Shown here piece after piece: positions 59,461 through 64,000 of a stretch of 64,000 bases of DNA. The DNA is taken from assembly GCF_048263065.1 (NCBI RefSeq), contig NZ_JBLXEM010000003.1:239678-303677 (forward strand), read 5' to 3'. Origin of the DNA: Thioclava sp. (lineage in GTDB: Bacteria; Pseudomonadota; Alphaproteobacteria; Rhodobacterales; Rhodobacteraceae). The notes under the pieces were generated by a model. It searched no databases, was not told the origin of the DNA, and saw only the letters and a program-made list of their open reading frames with translations. Every line of letters begins with the position of its first letter. Within the stretch, counting starts at the first letter, position 1. The translations under genes and the position numbers were made by a program.

Positions 59461-61380
59461 ATGATGGCATCGGTGCTCAAAGGTGTGGCGCTGGGAACCG
59501 GGGTGAGTGTGCTCGCTCTGGGCGCGGCCTCGGTTATGGCGCCCTTGCCCAATTCAACCCAACCCGTGCCCGCAACCGCTAACGCACCAATCAAGCAAGC
59601 GGGGCAAGATGTAGCCCCCGCCGCCAGTCCTGTCGATGTGCCTGCGGGGTCTGATTTCGCGCGTGGCCCGTCTGACCGGGTGCCCGATATGCCCAATCCG
59701 GCAGGCGCGCCGTTAAGTGCGCCCAATGCCGCACCGCGCGCGCCTGTCAGCCAGTCAAATAACGATCAGGCTGATATGACGATTGCAGGCACCGATCCGG
59801 GCGTGCGCCCGGTTGCTGATCCAAGGGCTCCGGTGCCCCAGCCCCAAGAGCCGCTGACAGCAGACGCGTTGGCCCAAGCGCCGGCGCCAGAGCAGCCGAT
59901 CCCCGTTCCCCCGCCCGGCGAGGTGCAAACCCCCGAGCTTGGTGCAAACGAGGCGATGGCGGGGACGGATGCCCAGATTGCGATGACCGAGCCGGACGCG
60001 AATGCGCCGGATGCAGGGGCCAACGCGCCCGCGGATGCAAGCGCGCAGATGCCGCCCGAAAGCCCCGATAGCAGCGCGCTCGAGCAGGGGAGCGCACCCG
60101 AACCCTTGGGAGATGCGGGGATGCAGATTGCGCAAAATCCGCAGTCCGCGCACGTGAGGGGCGCTGGCTCGGCGATGCCAGAGGCAGCGGGTATGCCGCC
60201 ATTGCCCGATGTGCAGGATTTCGGTGTGGCCAAAAGCGCGATGCCCGACATGGCCCCCGCGCCGCAGGTTCGCGCCACGATTTCCACCCCTTCTACGCCC
60301 CAGCCGGTGCCGGGCCCATCCGTTCCCAATGTCGTGCAAGCTGAGATGCCAAAGCCCGCAGCCGATGCGCCCGTACAGCCCGCAATGACGGGGCAAGAGC
60401 AGCCAAATCCTGAGTTGCGTCCTGATGAGCCGCGCCCGCCGGGAATGGCTGGACCCGCCCCAGAACAGGGCGCGCCAGCCAAGCCGCGCGTCATCACTTT
60501 GGGCGATGAACCGCGCCGCTTGCCGGGGCAGCCGGTTCAGGGCTTTCGCAGTGCGCCCAATGTGGTTGTTGATCGTCTCCCCCAGATTGGCGCGGCTAGC
60601 GAGCCTGCGACCGATGCCACGCCCGAGGATGGAAACGGTGATGGCGCAGATCAAACGCCCGCCGCCGATAACCCCGATTTGCCGCCAATCGAGCGTTACG
60701 CGCTGCCCTTCGTGCATGACGATGCCAAATCGCTTTATTCCGTGGTGTTGATTGATCCGGGTACGGCGGCTGGCGGGCTGGATGTCGATACGATTGCCGC
60801 GCTTGATTTCCCCGTCACCATCGCGATCGATCCCACCCGTTCCGATGCGGCTCAAGATGCGCAAACCTTGCGCGCGGCGGGGCATGAGGTTGCGATCTTG
60901 GCGGCAGATTTGCCCTCCGATGCCACGCCCGAAGACCTTGAGGTCGCACTTGAAGCGTGGCGTCAGGTGATCCCCGAAGCGGTGGCGGTGGTCGAGCGCC
61001 CCAAGCCGGTGTTCCAGAACACCCGCAAACTGGCGCGCCAGATGGTGTCGACGCTGGGGCGCGAAGGGATGGGGCTGGTCACGCAGGATCGCGGTTTTGA
61101 TTCCGCCAATCAGATCGCATCGTCAGTGGGTTTGCCGCGTGCAAAGGTCTGGCGGGTGCTGGATGGCAATCGTGAAAAGGCCCCGGTGATCGAGCGGATG
61201 CTGTCGCGCGCCGGCTTTGAGGCGGATCGCGGCGGCAAAATTGTGGTGATGATGTCGGCCTGGCCCGAGACTGTGAGCGCGCTTACCGGGTGGGCGTCCG
61301 ATGCGGCGGCGAAATACGATCTCGCCCCGGTCTCGGCGGTGGCGCTGCAAGCGGTGCAACCCGACACGCCGAACAACTGA
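59461..61380 (+). CDS. divergent polysaccharide deacetylase (YibQ/DUF610-like) with a long Pro/Ala-rich N-terminal region
   Basis: 639 aa. It has an N-terminal TM anchor, about 400 aa of low-complexity P/A/Q/D sequence, and a C-terminal roughly 215 aa YibQ-like domain (...VVLIDPG...PVTIAIDP...RVLDGNRE...GKIVVM...). Confidence 0.65.
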   Translation: MMASVLKGVALGTGVSVLALGAASVMAPLPNSTQPVPATANAPIKQAGQDVAPAASPVDVPAGSDFARGPSDRVPDMPNPAGAPLSAPNAAPRAPVSQSNNDQADMTIAGTDPGVRPVADPRAPVPQPQEPLTADALAQAPAPEQPIPVPPPGEVQTPELGANEAMAGTDAQIAMTEPDANAPDAGANAPADASAQMPPESPDSSALEQGSAPEPLGDAGMQIAQNPQSAHVRGAGSAMPEAAGMPPLPDVQDFGVAKSAMPDMAPAPQVRATISTPSTPQPVPGPSVPNVVQAEMPKPAADAPVQPAMTGQEQPNPELRPDEPRPPGMAGPAPEQGAPAKPRVITLGDEPRRLPGQPVQGFRSAPNVVVDRLPQIGAASEPATDATPEDGNGDGADQTPAADNPDLPPIERYALPFVHDDAKSLYSVVLIDPGTAAGGLDVDTIAALDFPVTIAIDPTRSDAAQDAQTLRAAGHEVAILAADLPSDATPEDLEVALEAWRQVIPEAVAVVERPKPVFQNTRKLARQMVSTLGREGMGLVTQDRGFDSANQIASSVGLPRAKVWRVLDGNREKAPVIERMLSRAGFEADRGGKIVVMMSAWPETVSALTGWASDAAAKYDLAPVSAVALQAVQPDTPNN

Positions 61381-61415
61381 CGCGCCGCTTTCAGGCGGCG
61401 CGCAGCGTTCGCAAT

Positions 61416-62927
61416 TTAGCTGTTGTTTCGCGATTGCACGAACAGGCCCGCATCCTCGGCGGCGCGGCGCAAGGCGTTGGATTTATGCACGCTTTCCTGA
61501 TACTCGGCCAGCGGATCGCTGTCATAGACAACACCGCCCCCGGCTTGGATATACAGCGTCTCATCCTTGACCAAAGCGGTGCGCAGCGCGATGCACATAT
61601 CCATCTCGCCATTGGCGGCGAAATAGCCCACGGCCCCGCCATAGATGCCGCGTTTTTCGGGTTCCAGCTCGTCGATGATTTCCATCGCGCGCACTTTTGG
61701 TGCCCCCGAAACCGTGCCTGCAGGCAGCCCCGCCAGCAGGGCTGACAGCGCATCCTCGCCATCGGCCAACTCGCCCACGACGTTCGAGACGATATGCATG
61801 ACGTGGCTATAGCGCTCGATGATGAATTTCTCGGTCGGGTGGACGGTACCGATTTTGGCCACACGGCCCACATCGTTGCGTCCTAGATCAAGCAGCATCA
61901 GATGCTCGGCCAGTTCCTTTTTATCCGCCAGCAGGTCTTCTTCCAGCGCCTTATCCTGCGCCGGGGTTGCCCCGCGCGGGCGGGTGCCTGCGATGGGGCG
62001 GATGGTGACCTCTCCGTCGCGCAGCCGCACGAGGATTTCGGGGCTGGCGCCGACAATTTGGAAGCCGCCGAAATTGAGGAAGAACATGAACGGCGAAGGG
62101 TTGGTGCGCCGCAAGCTGCGATAAAGCGCAAACGGCGGAAGCGGGAAATCCGCCGACCAGCGCTGCGCTGGCACGACCTGAAAGATGTCGCCCGCGCGGA
62201 TGTAATCCTTGGCGCGCTCGACGGCGGCCATGTAGCTGTCTTGGGTGAAGTTCGAACGCATCTCGCCGACCTGACGCATCTCACCCAGATTGCGCCCCTC
62301 ATTGGGCGCGCGGTCCAGATCGCGCAGCGCATCCGACACCCGCTCAGCCGCTTGTGCATAGGCCGCGCGTGCCGACAGACCCGAGGACTGAAACGCGGGC
62401 GCGCATAAAATCACATCGCCCTTCACCCCATCGAGCACCGCCACGACAGACGGGCGCAGCAACATCGCATCGGGCACGCCGATGGGGTCGGGGTTCACGT
62501 TGGGCAGATGCTCGACCAGACGGATCGTGTCATAGCCCAGATAGCCAAACAGCCCGGCGGCAGCAGCGGGCAGCCCCTCGGGCATCTCGATGCGGCTTTC
62601 AGCAATCAGCGCGCGCAGGCTCTCAAACGGATGGCCGGGCAGGTCTTCCCATGCCTCGTCAAAGCGCGCAGCGCGGTTGATGCGCGCCTGCGTGCCGCGA
62701 CATTCCCAGATCACATCGGGCTTCATTCCCACGATGGAATAGCGCCCACGCACTTCGCCGCCCGTCACCGATTCCAGCATGAAGGAATTGGGCTGTGCCT
62801 CGGCCAGCTTGAGCATCAGCGAAACCGGCGTGTCCAGATCAGCCGCAAGACGCGCATAGACAAGCTGGTTTTGACCCTTGGCCCATTTGGCCTCGAATTC
62901 CTCGAACGACGGCGAAAGAGCGACCAC
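61416..62927 (-). CDS. trpE: anthranilate synthase component I
   Basis: 503 aa with the chorismate-binding domain signature ...GTVSGAPKVRAMEIIDELE...GIYGGAVGYF... Confidence 0.95.
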   Translation of the reverse strand: MVALSPSFEEFEAKWAKGQNQLVYARLAADLDTPVSLMLKLAEAQPNSFMLESVTGGEVRGRYSIVGMKPDVIWECRGTQARINRAARFDEAWEDLPGHPFESLRALIAESRIEMPEGLPAAAAGLFGYLGYDTIRLVEHLPNVNPDPIGVPDAMLLRPSVVAVLDGVKGDVILCAPAFQSSGLSARAAYAQAAERVSDALRDLDRAPNEGRNLGEMRQVGEMRSNFTQDSYMAAVERAKDYIRAGDIFQVVPAQRWSADFPLPPFALYRSLRRTNPSPFMFFLNFGGFQIVGASPEILVRLRDGEVTIRPIAGTRPRGATPAQDKALEEDLLADKKELAEHLMLLDLGRNDVGRVAKIGTVHPTEKFIIERYSHVMHIVSNVVGELADGEDALSALLAGLPAGTVSGAPKVRAMEIIDELEPEKRGIYGGAVGYFAANGEMDMCIALRTALVKDETLYIQAGGGVVYDSDPLAEYQESVHKSNALRRAAEDAGLFVQSRNNS

Positions 62928-62937
62928 CTGAGGCCTC

Positions 62938-64000
62938 CTATTGGATCTGCGACTGCACCGCTGTCACGGCCTGACTGTCAAGCGTGAAGCCCGACTCACC
63001 CTCGACGGCAGTGGCGTAGAAATTGAGCATGTCATTGGCCAGAGATTGCGACAGTTGCTGCGCGATCTGACCCGAAATCAACTTGGTGTCGGGGTCGTTC
63101 ATATCGGCGTCCATGATCTTGTCAGTGACGACGATATAAACCTTGTCATCCGCGCTGACCTGCGCCGCCTTACCCGGATCGGTGTCAAAGACCTTGCCGA
63201 TCACGGCAGGCGAGAGATCATCGGAATAGCCGCCGCGCGCGATAGAGGGCACGGTCGTGGTCAAAAGCCCCGTGGCGCCCAGTGATTTGCCGCCTGCGAT
63301 CTCGGCCAGCACGTCCTTGGCGCGCGCTTCCTTGGCGCTCAGCGCTTGCGCGTCATGCCACGCGCTGGCCACCTTGTCGCGCACCTGATCGAACGGGATC
63401 GGCGTGGGCGGCACGATTTTGTTCAGGCGCAGCGCAAACACCCCGCCATCGGCAAGATTGCCCATTTCTGGGAAGTCGTCTTTGGTCACAGCCTGCGCGG
63501 TTTTGCGGAACTCGTCATAGCCCGCGATGCCATCATTGCTGTCGGCGGTAAAGGCGATCTGGCCCAGCTCCATATCGGTTTCCTTGGCCATGTCTTCCAG
63601 CGTCGCGCCGCCCGCCAGCTTGTCGGACAGGCTTTCGGTTTGCTGGGAAATCTCGCGCCGGGCGGCGTCGGTTTCGGCCTCCCCTGCAAGCTCCTCACGC
63701 GCATCCGCAAACGATGTTTCCTGCGCCGCGATGATGCCGTTCATCGACAGCAGGGCAGGGCCCAGATCGGTCTCAATCGGGCCAACCACGCCCGGCGATT
63801 TAAGTGCGAAAACCGCAGCCCCAGCCTTGCCCAACTCGTCTTGCGTGACATCGCCCAGATCGGCGTCTTGCAGGGTTAGGCCGCGCTCTTTGGCGAGATC
63901 GGCGAAGCTTGCCTTGCCCGCGTCCAGCTTGGCCTTGGCGGCCTCGGCTGCTTTCATATCGGGATAGACCAGCCGCTCGACCAAGCGCTTTTCGGGCTGC
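62938..64000 (-). CDS. PpiD-like periplasmic chaperone / peptidylprolyl isomerase, C-terminal part (5' end outside window)
   Basis: The ORF is open to the window edge. The parvulin-like and SurA_N-like regions include ...FADLAKERGLTLQDADLGDVTQDELG.... It lies immediately upstream of trpE. Confidence 0.7.
   Translation of the reverse strand, partial: QPEKRLVERLVYPDMKAAEAAKAKLDAGKASFADLAKERGLTLQDADLGDVTQDELGKAGAAVFALKSPGVVGPIETDLGPALLSMNGIIAAQETSFADAREELAGEAETDAARREISQQTESLSDKLAGGATLEDMAKETDMELGQIAFTADSNDGIAGYDEFRKTAQAVTKDDFPEMGNLADGGVFALRLNKIVPPTPIPFDQVRDKVASAWHDAQALSAKEARAKDVLAEIAGGKSLGATGLLTTTVPSIARGGYSDDLSPAVIGKVFDTDPGKAAQVSADDKVYIVVTDKIMDADMNDPDTKLISGQIAQQLSQSLANDMLNFYATAVEGESGFTLDSQAVTAVQSQIQ

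Noticed and set aside
59700-60700. Possible tandem repeat or CRISPR-like periodicity in the Pro/Ala-rich coding region.
   Set aside because: I could find no regular repeat unit or repeat-spacer structure. It is compositional low complexity inside an open reading frame continuous with a recognisable C-terminal domain.

Overview
High-GC (about 60-67% G+C in the lines I counted) chromosomal segment. Gene content and synteny look alphaproteobacterial, probably Rhodobacterales-like; that assignment is an inference from gene order and repeat motifs, not a database result. I call about 70 CDS, one tRNA, several hairpin terminators and a few regulatory sites. The window is dominated by housekeeping blocks. 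These are glmM' and ilvC; a tandem Lrp/AsnC pair; and a complete urease cluster (ureD-ureA-small ORF-ureB-ureC / ureE-ureF-ureG) followed by the urea ABC importer urtABCDE. Then come aspartate aminotransferase, sdhE, epmA/efp, irr with fabA-fabB-fabI, and SPOR-dacC-tmk-holB-tatD. A sugar ABC system, gatB, and surE-pcm-nlpD follow. The window ends with gltA-gltX-comEC-lexA, trpE / trpG-trpD-trpC-moaC-moeA, and a partial ppiD-like gene. I found no convincing multi-gene novel system: no defence-island, CRISPR, prophage or secretion-type modules. The accessory or unusual parts are listed here. (1) A roughly 0.8 kb low-GC islet carries a lone sulfotransferase and is flanked by a 9-bp direct repeat. 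(2) A decayed integrative islet sits at tRNA-Ser(UGA), with a stop-interrupted, truncated integrase, an IS5-like transposase stub, a DsrE-like gene and a UdgX-like uracil-DNA glycosylase lacking canonical motif A. (3) The urease cluster has an unannotated signal-peptide/His-motif micro-ORF between ureA and ureB, and a strand-ambiguous ORF between ureC and ureE. (4) Short rare-codon, low-GC patches occur inside ureF and gltX. (5) A single-NBD/permease fusion occurs in a CUT2-type sugar ABC transporter. (6) UrtB has a roughly 370-aa periplasmic N-terminal extension. (7) A family of GC-rich intergenic repeats and near-identical GCAA-loop terminator hairpins recurs across the window. All functional calls rest on motif recognition in the supplied translations. 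No searches were run.
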